This document shows, one piece after another, positions 1 through 12,155 of a DNA stretch of 64,000 nucleotides; positions within the stretch are counted from its first letter, which is position 1, and each line of letters begins with the position of its first letter. The notes beneath the pieces are model-generated. The model worked only from the letters and a program-made list of their open reading frames with translations. It was not told the DNA's origin and did no database searches. The translations under genes and the position numbers were made by a program. The DNA is from Eledone cirrhosa (taxonomy: Eukaryota), in contig OZ024762.1 of NCBI GenBank assembly GCA_964016885.1, positions 9,300,001 through 9,364,000 of the forward strand, written 5' to 3'.

Positions 1-95
1 GCGAGGTGGTGTGGCTGTGGTAATGGGACACGCTGGCCGTTCTCACATGTAATGCATTTGCCATTTTGTCAGCATAACGCAGTTGTGTGATACCA
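1..95 (-). CDS. Coding exon (runs off window edge) of unidentified minus-strand gene: (N)GITQLRYADKMANALHVRTASVSHYHSHTTS
   Basis: Long (CT)n pyrimidine tract + gtttaag acceptor ending at 96; open frame in the phase left by exon 6536-6626 (AA|T = Asn). Confidence 0.6.
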
Positions 96-117
96 CTTAA
101 ACGAGAGATAGAGAGAG

Positions 118-181
<64 letters not shown>

Positions 182-1343
182 GGGGAGAAGGAGGGAATGA
201 GGGGAATAGGAAGAGAGAATGTGAGAGATAGAGAGAATGAGAGAGAGAGAGGGTGTGGGAGAATGAGAGAGAAAGGGAGATAGAGAGAATGAGAGAGAGA
301 GAGAGAGAGAGGAGGAGAAGGAGAGAATGGGGGGAATAGGGAGATAGAATGTGAGAGAGGGGGAGAGAGAGAGAGAGAGAATGAAAAAGAGAGAGAATGA
401 AAGAGAGATAAAGTGAGAGAGAGGGATAGAGAGAGAATGAAAGAGAGAGAGATAGAAAGAGAGAGAGAGAGAGAGGGAGAGAGGGTGAGAGTGAGAGAGG
501 GGAGGAGAGAGAGAGAGAGAGAGGGGGAGAGAGAGAGAGAGAGAGAGAGAGACATCCACAACCGTTCTTCTGTCGTTTCTGTTCCAAATCTCATGTTGCT
601 CTCGTCAGATTGATGACATCTCTCCCGACAGATGTCACTGTCGTCATTCTTTACACCCCCCCCTCCCTCCCATCCTTGTTCCTCCTCCAACTCCTACTCC
701 AACCTCCGTCTCCTCCATCTCCTCCTCCACCACACTTATCCATTCATCCAGCCATACCATCATCTCCACCACCACCACCACTACCACCACCACCACCACC
801 ACACTCCACCACCACCACCACACTCCACCACCACCACCACACACTATCACCACTACCACCACCACCACACTCCACCACCACCACACTGCACCACCACCAC
901 ACTCCACCACCACCACCACACTCCACCACCACCACCACACTCCACCACTACTACCACCACCACACTCCACCACCACCACACTCCACCACCACCACCACCA
1001 CCACCACCACCACCACTACCACCACCACCCACACTCCACCACCACACTCCACCACCATCATTGTCCGATCCATTACCTCTATGACGTCAGCAATTCATCA
1101 GTAATTAAGCACCTTGTCTTTTGTCCGTATAAGGCATGGATGGTGATGATGATGGTGGTGGTGGTGACGGTAGTAGTGGTGGTGGTGATGATGATGATAA
1201 TGATGACGGTGGTGGTGGTGGTGGTGGTGGTGGTGGTGGTGGTCATCGTTGTCGTCGTGGCGATGGCGGTGACGGTGGTAGTGATGATGATGAGATAAAA
1301 TGTGGTCGGAGACCAACTAAACCCCCATAAGTGTCACCAGTAA

Positions 1344-1376
<33 letters not shown>

Positions 1377-1399
1377 TATTCATCATCATCATCATCATC

Positions 1400-2825
1400 T
1401 GCCATTTATTCCTGAGAGGGCCGTGGAGCCAGAGTCCTCAAACACTCCTTCCAGCAGGTCCTCTCAGAAGAGTCCTTAAACACTCCTTACAGTGGGTCCT
1501 GTCAGAAGGGTCCTCAAACATTCCTTCCAGAGGGTCCTGTCAGAAGGGTCCTCAAACACTCCTTACAGTGGGTCCTGTCAGAAGAGTCCTCAAACACTCC
1601 TTACAGTGGGTCCTGTCAGAAGAGTCCTCAAACACTCCTTACAGTGGATCCTGTCAGAAGAGTCCTCAAACATTCCTTACAGTGGATCCTCTCAGAAGAG
1701 TCCTCAAACATTCCTTACAGTGGATCCTCTCAGAAGAGTCCTCAAACACTCCTTACAGTGGATCCTGTCAGAAGAGTCCTCAAACATTCCTTACAGTGGA
1801 TCCTCTCAGAAGAGTCCTCAAACATTCCTTACAGTGGATCCTCTCAGAAGAGTCCTCAAACACTCCTTACAGTGGGTCCTGTCAGAAGGGTCCTCAAACA
1901 TTCCTTCCAGAGGGTCCTGTCAGAAGGGTCCTCAAACACTCTTTCCAGCAGGTCCTCTCAGAAGAATCCTCAAACACTCCTTCCAGAGGGTCCTGTCAGA
2001 AGGGTCCTCAAACACTCTTTCCAGCAGGTCCTCTCAGAAGAGTCCTCAAACATTCCTTACAGTGGATCCTCTCAGAAGAGTCCTCAAACATTCCTTACAG
2101 TGGATCCTCTCAGAAGAGTCCTCAAACACTCCTTACAGTGGGTCCTGTCAGAAGAGTCCTCAAACATTCCTTACAGTGGATCCTCTCAGAAGAGTCCTCA
2201 AACACTCCTTACAGTGGATCCTCTCAGAAGAGTCCTCAAACATTCCTTACAGTGGATCCTCTCAGAAGAGTCCTCAAACATTCCTTACAGTGGATCCTCT
2301 CAGAAGAGTCCTCAAACACTCCTTACAGTGGATCCTCTCAGAAGAGTCCTCAAACACTCCTTACAGTGGATCCTCTCAGAAGAGTCCTCAAACATTCCTT
2401 ACAGTGGATCCTCTCAGAAGGGTCCTCAAACATTCCTTACAGTGGATCCTCTCAGAAGAGTCCTCAAACATTCCTTACAGTGGATCCTCTCAGAAGAGTC
2501 CTCAAACATTCCTTACAGTGGATCCTCTCAGAAGAGTCCTCAAACACTCCTTACAGTGGATCCTCTCAGAAGAGTCCTCAAACATTCCTTACAGTGGATC
2601 CTCTCAGAAGAGTCCTCAAACATTCCTTACAGAGGATCCTCTCAGAAGAGTCCTCAAACATTCCTTACAGAGGGTCCTCTCAGAAGCAACTGTCTCCAAC
2701 TGATCCGGCTGGATCCTCAAGCGAGACCAGCCAAGCTCATGGATGTTCTCCAGCCATTTTGGTCGGTTGGGTCTACCCCTGGGTCTCTTGCCAGTTGGTT
2801 TTGCCCGTAAAATCTTTCCAGCGAT
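1400..2825 (-). mobile_element. RTE-clade LINE 3' fragment hosting the 38-bp array
   Basis: 2690-2825 encodes RPRGRPN..WLENIHELGWSRL-like RTE C-terminus on minus strand; matches 24980-25165 and 4680-4760; (CAT)n tail. Confidence 0.8.
1425..2690. repeat. 38-bp minisatellite, ~33 copies (AGAGTCCTCAAACATTCCTTACAGTGGATCCTCTCAGA), inside an RTE 3' fragment
   Basis: GGATCC spacing of 38 nt (1684, 1722); single-copy version of the unit at ~25007-25045. Confidence 0.95.
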
Positions 2826-2880
2826 TTATATATATTAATTCCAAATATTAATAAATATAGACATTCATGTAATCAAATAT

Positions 2881-2944
2881 ATTTTATTATATATATTTCA
2901 GAGGTACTGTGTTGTTTCCTCAGTACGTCCTCATCAGATAAAAT
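2881..2944 (-). ncRNA. Type-I hammerhead ribozyme
   Basis: AUUUUAU-CUGAUGA-GGA C GUACUG..CAGUAC C UCU-GAAA-UAUAUA-UA-AUAAAAU: perfect 7-bp stem I, stem II, palindromic minimal stem III. Confidence 0.8.
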
Positions 2945-3006
2945 AAATTGATGTCTGACATACCTCAACTGTGCTGATGGTTCAATTCCAGTCTTGGCAG
3001 TCTTGG

Positions 3007-3054
<48 letters not shown>

Positions 3055-3063
3055 CTGTGTGTG

Positions 3064-3117
<54 letters not shown>

Positions 3118-3189
3118 AAATTAAAAGATAGTTTTAAAAGTTCCATATATTTTATTATGCGCATTTCAAAAACAAATATCCTCCTGGGA

Positions 3190-3239
<50 letters not shown>

Positions 3240-3242
<3 letters not shown>

Positions 3243-3437
3243 AAAAGAGTTAGGAACTAAGCCAGTAGTATTGAATACTGGTGGCTTAGTTCGGATCTAG
3301 CTGTCGAAACGGCTTGAGCTCAGCTGTCGGGGGTCCCAACTCTTTTCCTATTACCCACTCTACTACCCTAGGTATCGATTACTCTGGTGCGTTATGGTCC
3401 ACCTGGTTCCTTATTCCTTACCATACTTTCTTTGTTT
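3240..3437 (+). mobile_element. Fold-back element family B, divergent copy
   Basis: Arms aggaaaagagttaggaac/ggtcccaactcttttcct plus shared tail attacccactctactaccc...ggtccacctggttcctta; in (TA)n. Confidence 0.75.
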
Positions 3438-3508
3438 TATATATATATATATATATATATATTCTCTCATAATGTGAGAAAAACCACAGACCCTCCATCT
3501 CAACTCTA

Positions 3509-3545
3509 CCTTTGAAAAGCAGAAGAACTGCGAAACCGGTAAAGG
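3509..3545 (+). ncRNA. Variant hammerhead motif (core UUGAAAA or a 1-nt deletion) in repeat 3465-3683
   Basis: cct-ttgaaaa-GCAG aagaa CTGC-GAAA-CCGG-TA-aagg; same flanks as the 53070 ribozyme; partial inverted second copy of the repeat at 38220-38365. Confidence 0.55.
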
Positions 3546-3678
3546 AACCAAATAAATATATATATTTAAAAAAAAAAAAGACTCCAGTTGCATTTTCGAT
3601 TTCATCTCTTTTTCTTTATACTTTCACTCGTGTAGGACACCTCGGTTATTTTTCATTTTGTAAAAAAAACCTCACTTG

Positions 3679-3764
<86 letters not shown>

Positions 3765-3767
<3 letters not shown>

Positions 3768-3962
3768 CAAAATAAGATGCTGAGGTTACATAAATCGTTT
3801 AATCATTATAATTATTTACACAGTTCTAATGATTAAACGATTTATGTAACCTCAGAATATTATTTTGTTATTTTTATAAAAATCTCCACCGTAAATAAAA
3901 ACAACGATTGTTGAGAGCTTTCTCCTGCTTACTCCTCTTTTTACCAAAACAATCCCTTCGGA
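3765..3962 (+). mobile_element. Fold-back element (~44-bp arms) + tail
   Basis: taacaaaataagatgctgaggttacataaatcgtttaatcatta ... taatgattaaacgatttatgtaacctcagaatattattttgtta; tail has gttgagagcttt at 3910. Confidence 0.7.
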
Positions 3963-3974
3963 ACACACACATAT

Positions 3975-4025
<51 letters not shown>

Positions 4026-4029
<4 letters not shown>

Positions 4030-4216
4030 AACGAGTAGGACCCCGACGGCTGAGCTCAAGCCGTTTCGACGGCTAATTCTGGAATTAGCCGTCGAAACGG
4101 CTTGAGCTCAGCCGTCGGGGGTCCCACTCGTTCCTATTACCCACTCTACTACCCTAAGTATTGAGTACTTTGGTGCGTTATGGTCCACCTGGTTCCTTAC
4201 CACATTTCTTTCGTTA
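4026..4216 (+). mobile_element. Fold-back element family B (other copies 5110-5247+, 19950-20061+, 55898-56101+, 58340-58493-, 61829-61879 partial, 63534-63711-)
   Basis: Near-identical dispersed copies; palindromic head AGGAAC...GTTCCT of variable length, constant ~80-nt tail, always in (TA)n. Confidence 0.9.
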
Positions 4217-4278
4217 TACATATATATATATATATACGATATTACATAAATGGAAACTATATTTATAAAACCATATTT

Positions 4279-4342
4279 ATTTCATTATATATATTTCAGG
4301 GATATCATGTTAAAAATATGTTATGCCTTCTTCAGACAAAAT
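4279..4342 (-). ncRNA. Type-I hammerhead ribozyme (family A, inverted arm)
   Basis: Exact reverse complement of 4387-4450. Confidence 0.75.
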
Positions 4343-4386
4343 ACAATATAAACAGTCTTATAAATTTATAAGACTGTTTATATTGT

Positions 4387-4450
4387 ATTTTGTCTGAAGA
4401 AGGCATAACATATTTTTAACATGATATCCCTGAAATATATATAATGAAAT
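4387..4450 (+). ncRNA. Type-I hammerhead ribozyme (family A)
   Basis: AUUUUGU-CUGAAGA-AGG C AUAACAU..AUGAUAU C CCU-GAAA-UAUAUA-UA-AUGAAAU. Confidence 0.75.
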
Positions 4451-4679
4451 AAATATGGTTTTATAAATATAGTTTCCATTTATGTAATATCGTAAATATA
4501 CTCCAAATACTTGTTGAGTGCTTTTATATCAGTTATAAATATTTACTCGTTGTTAACCCAACAATTTAAATAAAACTTTGCATATATATATATTAGTTCA
4601 TAAAAGATCGTTTTCGAACGAGAAAACATAAATATTGGTGAAGAAAGAATTATTACACCTGAATGTATGAGATTTATCG

Positions 4680-4865
4680 CTCATGGATGTTGACCATCTA
4701 TTTTGCTCGGGGTCTACCCCTGGGTATCATGCTGGTTGGTTTTGCCTGTAAAATCTGTCCTGCGATTCATTCATGACACATTCTAACCACATGTCCATAG
4801 TATCGGAGCTGTGGTCTCTCAGTTCTGAAAAGTAGCGGCTCTAATAAGAGATCTCAACATGAGAG
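4680..4865 (-). mobile_element. RTE LINE fragment
   Basis: Similar to 25085-25235 (ggggtctacccctggg...ccatagtatcggagctgtg). Confidence 0.75.
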
Positions 4866-4946
4866 GACCTGTTATTTTTATCTAAAAATATTTTTTTTCC
4901 AATTCCAACCCGCCCGTCCCCTCAATCTATCTTATTTCTCATTCTT

Positions 4947-4982
4947 TCTTCTGATGAAGGACGAGCGACCGAAACGATAAGA
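4947..4982 (+). ncRNA. Degenerate minimal hammerhead motif
   Basis: tctt-CTGATGA-aGG..CC-GAAA-cgat-aaga; U16.1 apparently mutated; upstream flank 4870-4945 recurs inverted at ~62428-62512. Confidence 0.45.
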
Positions 4983-5060
4983 CCCTCTTCCTGCTATATC
5001 AAGCGTTAACCTAATATATACTGTACCGATTGTGTTGTTATTTCTGTTTACCTTTTACAT

Positions 5061-5113
<53 letters not shown>

Positions 5114-5294
5114 AACCAGTAAGACCCCGACGGCTGAGCTCAGCCGTCGGGGTCTTACTGGTTCCTATTACCCACTCTACTACCCCAAGTATTGAGTACT
5201 TTGGTGCGTTATGGTCCACCTGGTTCCTTACCACATTTCCTTCGTTATATATATATATATATACAGAGAGAGGCTGTTTGCATAATTACAAACG

Positions 5295-5478
5295 ATGGCA
5301 GCATCGGCAGAGAGTCGGACGCCATGCTTTGCAGCATAGAGTTACGGCCCTTTACGGTCTGAGTTCAAATCGCGCCTACTTTAACTTTGCCTTTCATCCT
5401 TACGGCGTAGATAAAATAAAGTACCAGTAATGCACTGGAGTAATTACTGGCCTTGTGCCAAAAGTAGAAACAATTATT
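5295..5478 (+). mobile_element. tRNA-derived SINE family 1 (Deu/Nin-like core); ~18 full or partial copies incl. 14630-14790, 15480-15665, 20610-20730-, 30100-30285, 37155-37335-, 43095-43282, 49485-49650-, 52665-52860, 55050-55232-
   Basis: A-box-like ggcagtatcggtaga, B-box gagttcaaatcccg, core ctttgcctttcatccttacggggtcgataaaataaagtaccag, (ATT)n tail. Confidence 0.9.
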
Positions 5479-5593
5479 AATATTCGAAAAACTCAGATTA
5501 AATTTATTTGTCTTGACCACAAATCATTGCGAATTGTCAGAACCTCAGATGGAATACTTCGTAATGTTCCTTCTCTCTCTCTCTCTATCTCTC

Positions 5594-5630
<37 letters not shown>

Positions 5631-5699
5631 ATCTCTCTATCTCTCTCTCTCTCTCTATCTCTCTATCTCTCTCTCTATCTCTCTATCTATCTATCTGTC

Positions 5700-5835
5700 T
5701 CCCTCTATTGGGGAAAATCGACTAACTTTTTAAATTCCATTTGTGATAACATTTTACACGTTTTTATTGTATGTAAACTTCCCCCTTTGTATTTGTCCCC
5801 TTCTTTTGTGCCCCTGTGGCTAATAAAGAAATATA
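5700..5835 (+). mobile_element. 3' tail of Tx1/L1-like LINE; near-identical inverted copy in 23530-23905
   Basis: Ends ccctgtggctaataaagaaa, like 16300-16320 and 30338-30357. Confidence 0.7.
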
Positions 5836-5873
5836 TCTATCTCTCTATCTATCTCTCTCTCTCTCTCTGTCTA

Positions 5874-5936
<63 letters not shown>

Positions 5937-6535
5937 CTCTCTCTATCTATCTATCTATCTATCTCTGAGTTCAAATCACGCCGAGGTCAACTTGCCCTTC
6001 CTCCTTTCGAAGTCAGTAAATAAAGTACTAGTCCAGTACTGTGGAGTGTCGTTTATCTCTCTCTCTCTCTCTCTCTCCTTTCCTTCCTTCTCTATCTTCC
6101 CTCTCCCCCTCTCTCTCTCTTTCTCTCTCTCCCTTCCTTCCTTCTCTATCTTCCCCCTCCCCCTCTCTCTCTTTCTCTCTCCCCCTCTCTCCCCCTCTCT
6201 CCCCCTCTCAAACCCTCTCTCCCTTCTCTATACCCCCTTCTCTATCCCCCCTTCTCTCTCCCCCCTTCTCTCACCTCACCTGCTCACTCCCTCTCTCTCT
6301 CCCTGTCTCCGTATCTCCCCCTCCCTTACCATCTCTCCCTTTTCTCCCCACCCCCTCTCTATCCCCTTTTTTCTCCCCCTCTCGCTCCCTCTCTCCCTCT
6401 CTCTGGAAAGAAATTATCTGTGTTTTCAGGACCTGAAGAGAGAGAGGTTTAGGTGTCCCCAGGGTTTAGAAAAAAAACAAAAAAACATTAACCCTTTCCC
6501 ACAAAACACGCTATATGTGTAAGGGAGAAACATAC

Positions 6536-6626
6536 TTTCTCGTGGAATTAATGTACACGTGGGCAAGCATTCCACGAACACGGACACGAGCACCCTTAAT
6601 GTATAACGTCTGTCGAGATGGTGTCC
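6536..6626 (-). CDS. 91-nt coding exon: (W)TPSRQTLYIKGARVRVRGMLAHVYINSTR(N)
   Basis: Branch-like cttaac + tgttgttcgtgtcgtag acceptor; AAA|gtatgt donor; phase 1 in, phase 2 out, matching both neighbours. Confidence 0.7.
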
Positions 6627-6829
6627 CTACGACACGAACAACAGTTAAGCGCCCCTTTTACTGTCATTATTCCCCTGACAGACAAATCAGCAATGATAAC
6701 AATAGAAACCGCCCTTCAATTCTTTTCTTTCTTATTACTTTATTTATTTTATATATTTCTTGTTTTTGGTTGACATATTGGTGTGGGGGGGGGGGGTCTT
6801 TAAATTTTCTTTGTTGTTTTTGTTAAGTT

Positions 6830-7270
6830 TTTATTATATTTTGTATTATATTTTATTATATATTTTATTATATTTTGTATTATATTTTTATTATATATTT
6901 TGTATTATATTTTATTATATATTTTATCATATTTTTATTATTATATTTTATTATATTTTCTATTATATTTTTATTATATATTTTGTATTATATATTTTAT
7001 TATATTTTTATTATTATATTTTATTATATTTTGTATTATATTTTATTATTATATTTTATTATATTTTGTATTATATTTTATTATATATTTTGTATTATAT
7101 TTTATTATATATTTTATATTTTTATTATATTTTATTATATTTTGTATTACATTTTATTATTATATTTCATTATATTTTGTATTATATTTTTATTATTATT
7201 ATTTATTATATTTTGTATTATATTTTAATTATTATTTTTTATTATATTTTGTCTTATATTTTATTATATT
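6830..7270. repeat. AT-rich ~12-bp degenerate tandem repeat (TTTTATTATATA / TTTTGTATTATA)
   Basis: Direct inspection. Confidence 0.9.
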
Positions 7271-7886
7271 TGTCGTTGTAATCCGACGCCATGTTGACTT
7301 ATTAACACGACCAAACGACACTCTCTCCCACCTATCCTATCTCTCTCTCTATCCTCCTATCTCTCTCAGCTTCCCTCTTTCTTTCTTTCTCAGCCTTTCT
7401 CTCTCTCTCTCTCTTTATAACTCTCTGTCACATTCAGCCCTGCTATCTCTCTCTTTCTCTCTATACCACCCTCTCTGTCTCACTCTTTCTCTCAGCCCCT
7501 CGTTCTTTCTCTCTCTTTCTCTCGCCTCTCTCTCTCACTCACCCACTCTCCTCTCTCTCACTCACCCTCTCTCCTCTCTCTCACTCACCCTCTCTCCTCT
7601 CTCTCACTCACCCTCTCTCCTCTCTCTCTCTCTCTCTCTCACCCTCTCACCTCTCTCTCTCACTCACTCACTCACTCTCTCTCCTCTCTCTCACTCACCC
7701 ACTCACCCTCTCTCTCACTCACCCACCCTCTCTCCTCTCTCTCACTCACCCTCTCACCTCTCTCTCTCTCTCTCACCCTCTCACCTCTCTCTCTCACTCA
7801 CTCACTCACTCTCTCTCCTCTCTCTCTCTCACTCAACCTCTCTCCTCTCTCACGCACCCTCTCACTCACACTCACTCCTAACTCAC

Positions 7887-7971
7887 ACACACTCCACCAG
7901 ATGGACTGGAAGATTCTTGTCTCGTTTGTCAATGAGACTATCACGTGACCCATGATAAATGGTTCACTCAA
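7887..7971 (-). CDS. 85-nt coding exon: [28 protein letters not shown](W)
   Basis: Acceptor tccttaacctgcaacag; consensus gtgagt donor; only one frame open; phase 0 in, phase 1 out. Confidence 0.65.
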
Positions 7972-8329
7972 CTGTTGCAGGTTAAGGACGAGAAATGTGT
8001 GTAGGTGTGTGTGTGTGTGTGTGTGTGTAGGTGTGTGTGTGTGTGTGTGTGTGTAGGTGTGTGTGTGTGTGTGTGTAGGTGCGTTTATGCCTGTATGTGT
8101 GAGTGTACATATGTTTATGTATATAAATATATATGTATATATATTAATACATACATATATATATATGAATATATATATATATATGTATATATGTATATAT
8201 ATATATGTATATATGTATGTATATATATATATATATATATGTGTATATATGTATATATGTATGTATATGTATATATATACATATATACATATATATATAT
8301 ATACATATATATATGCATATGTATGTGTA

Positions 8330-8404
<75 letters not shown>

Positions 8405-8420
8405 GTATATATGTATGTAT

Positions 8421-8469
<49 letters not shown>

Positions 8470-8498
8470 CATATGTGTGTATGTATATATGTATGTAT

Positions 8499-8559
<61 letters not shown>

Positions 8560-8586
8560 TATGTGTGTATGTATATATGTATGTAT

Positions 8587-8635
<49 letters not shown>

Positions 8636-8718
8636 TATGTGTGTATGTATATATGTATGTATAGGTATATATATATATATATATGTATGGATATGTGTGT
8701 ATGTATATATGTATGTAT

Positions 8719-8754
<36 letters not shown>

Positions 8755-8913
8755 ATATGTATGTAGAGGGAGTATATATATATATGTGTGTGTATAGAGA
8801 GAGGTGTGTTTGTATAGATAACTATGTTATGTGTGTATATATGTATATGCGAATGTATATAATGTCAGCTGATCCCAATAATAAAGATGCTCAATGTGAC
8901 AAACCTATATATA

Positions 8914-8968
<55 letters not shown>

Positions 8969-10303
8969 TAAACACATGCACATATGTATACTCACACACA
9001 CACATGTATATATATATATATACATGTAAATATACAATCATATATTTATATATCTATACACAGATATATACATATATACAAGCATACACACACATACATA
9101 CATATGCATGCATACACACCTACATACATACATACATACATATATACATATATATATTCATACATATATATACACACACATACATACATACATTCACACA
9201 TACATACAGACATACATACACACCTAGTTACATACGTACATATATACATATATATATATTCATACATATACACACACACATACATACATACATTCACACA
9301 TACATACAGACATACATACACACCTAGTTACATACATACATATATACATATATATATATACATACATATATACACACACACATACATTCACACATACATA
9401 CAGACATACATACACACCTACATACATACATACATCTATACATATATATATACATACATATATACACACACACACACATACATACATTCACACATACATA
9501 CAGACATACATACACACCTAGTTACATACGTACATATATACATATATATATATATACATACATATATACACACACACATACATACATTCACACATACATA
9601 CAGACTACATACACACCTAGTTACATACGTACATATATATATAAATATACATACATATACACACACACACATACATTCACACATACATACAGACATAGAT
9701 ACACACCTACATACATACATACATATATACATATATATATACATACATATATACACACACACATACATACATACATTCAAACATACATACAGACATACAT
9801 ACACACCTACATACATACATACATATATACATATATATATACATACATATATACACACATACATACATACATACATTCAAACATACATACAGACATACAT
9901 ACACACCTACATACATACATACATATATACATATATATATACATACATAAATACACACACACATACATTCACACACACATACAGACATAGATACACACCT
10001 ACATACATACATATATATATATACATACATATATATACACACACACACATACATACATTCACACATACATACAGACATAGATACACACCTAGTTACATAC
10101 GTAATTTCTGTACGCCATACTTAATCTTTTATCTAATGCCAGGGGGTGTTTTTCTTGAGCAGTGTAAGTGAAATGTAATGTAGTTCAGAGTGGTGTAGTG
10201 TCGTACGGTGTAATGTGCAGTGCGTTGTGTGAAGTGTGTAGTTCAGCGCGGAGGAAATTCGATTATGGGGGCCTTCAGCGTGATGAAGTCATATGAATCA
10301 AAC

Positions 10304-10388
10304 CAAAATGTCATTGAAGATATCTGACACGGCTGATGCGACAGGACAATAGTTTCCAGAACCGGATGCCGCCAATAGGCTCTCTCCG
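10304..10388 (-). CDS. 85-nt candidate coding exon: GESLLAASGSGNYCPVASAVSDIFNDIL
   Basis: Acceptor gtcttctttcatag; donor TTG|gtttga placed just before an in-frame stop; phase 0 out fits the next exon. An alternative frame (ERAYWRHPVLETIV...FPPR*) is also open. Confidence 0.5.
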
Positions 10389-10490
10389 CTATGAAAGAAG
10401 ACTCGAATGCGATGAACGGTGAAAAATCATTGTGTAAGATGTTTCAATAAAAAAGCGGAATTCCTTTCTTTCTCTCTCTCTCTCTCTATA

Positions 10491-10562
<72 letters not shown>

Positions 10563-10648
10563 TATACATATATATATATACATATATACATATATATACA
10601 TATATATATATATACATATATATATGTATATATATATACATGTACATA

Positions 10649-10701
<53 letters not shown>

Positions 10702-10792
10702 GTGTGTATATATATATGTATATATATATATATATATGTATATATATACATATATGTATATATATATATATATATATACGTATGCATATATG

Positions 10793-10875
<83 letters not shown>

Positions 10876-11103
10876 ATGTATATATACACACATACACATA
10901 TATATATTATATATTTATATGTATATACATATATATATATATACATATATGTATATATACATATATATATATATACATATATATATATACATATATATAT
11001 ATACATATATATATACATATATATATACACACACACATATATATACGTATATATATACATATATATATATACACATATATATATATATATATCTTTCTAT
11101 ATA

Positions 11104-11135
<32 letters not shown>

Positions 11136-11158
11136 CACATATATATATATATATATCT

Positions 11159-11197
<39 letters not shown>

Positions 11198-11271
11198 TAT
11201 ACACATATATATATATATCTTTCTCTCTCTATATATATATATATATCACTCTCTCTTTCTATATATATATA

Positions 11272-11329
<58 letters not shown>

Positions 11330-11977
11330 GTTCTATCATTTCCTCTCTCTCTCTCTCTCTTTCTTTTTCTTTTTCCCTGGCCCCTCTTTCATTCTCTTTA
11401 CCCTTTATTTCTCATTTTCTCCTCCCTCCCTCTCTCCCTCCCTCCATCTCTCTCTCTCTCTCCCCTCCCTCCCACCAGCCCCTACTTTCTCCCTCCGTTT
11501 TGCTCACTCAAAGTTTCAATTACTCCTATTAGACGACATTTGAACTGACAAAAGATTGTGTTACCAGCGAGAAATAATCACTCTTTGAAAACGTGCAAAC
11601 GTGGAGTCATTTGATCGCAAGAAAATAATTGAAATGTTCGCCATATTGGCAAGACATTTTCTCACCACATGGCTACTTCTTGGGACTTGTTGCTTGTATT
11701 TATTGTAATATTCCTCCTCATCATCATTATCTTCTTCTTCTTCTTCTTCTTCTTCTTCTTCTTCTTCTTCTTCTTCTTCTTCTTCTTCTTCTTCTTCTAA
11801 TCAACACACCATGGCTACTAAATATATACCAGTAATATAATGTGGTAGATGCACTTTAATCACGTTATATACATTTTTAAACATACATAAATATGTCTTT
11901 ATATATATGTGTGTGTGTGTGTGTGTGTTTATATATATAAATATACAAGGCATGCACAGACATCGGAAAGCACCAAA

Positions 11978-12045
<68 letters not shown>

Positions 12046-12112
12046 TGGTGAGTGATTTTATACGCACACACACACAAACATAAACTCATAAACACACACA
12101 TATATCTGTTAC

Positions 12113-12155
12113 ACACGCATGCTTGTCCACTCAGTAAATTTACAACCGGATAATT
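12113..12155 (-). CDS. Possible upstream small exon (LSGCKFTEWTSMR or NYPVVNLLSGQAC)
   Basis: Strong acceptor tttttctttttccacttacgccaccactacag; three adjacent GT donor options, so frame is ambiguous. Confidence 0.3.

Larger units (their letters stand above)
4235..4582 (+). mobile_element. Family A mini-Penelope-like element: perfect 260-bp palindrome (4235-4494) + tail
   Basis: Mirror axis 4364/4365; hammerheads at 4279-4342(-) and 4387-4450(+); related copies at 35333-35655, 61950-62190, 62628-62900. Confidence 0.85.

Noticed and set aside
560-615. CUGACGA...GAAA on the minus strand
   Set aside because: Stems I and II do not pair.
1331-2851. 388-506 aa ORFs in three frames
   Set aside because: 38-bp tandem unit without plus-strand stops; the same peptide cycles through all frames.
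6536-6626. FGF-like (RVRVRG..VYIN..RNG) or kinesin-like (LRYAD) identity for the gene
   Set aside because: Only short local resemblance; flanking exons do not fit either family.
10250-10285. GGNSIMGAFS resembling a Tc1 transposase motif
   Set aside because: Too short, no surrounding DDE similarity.
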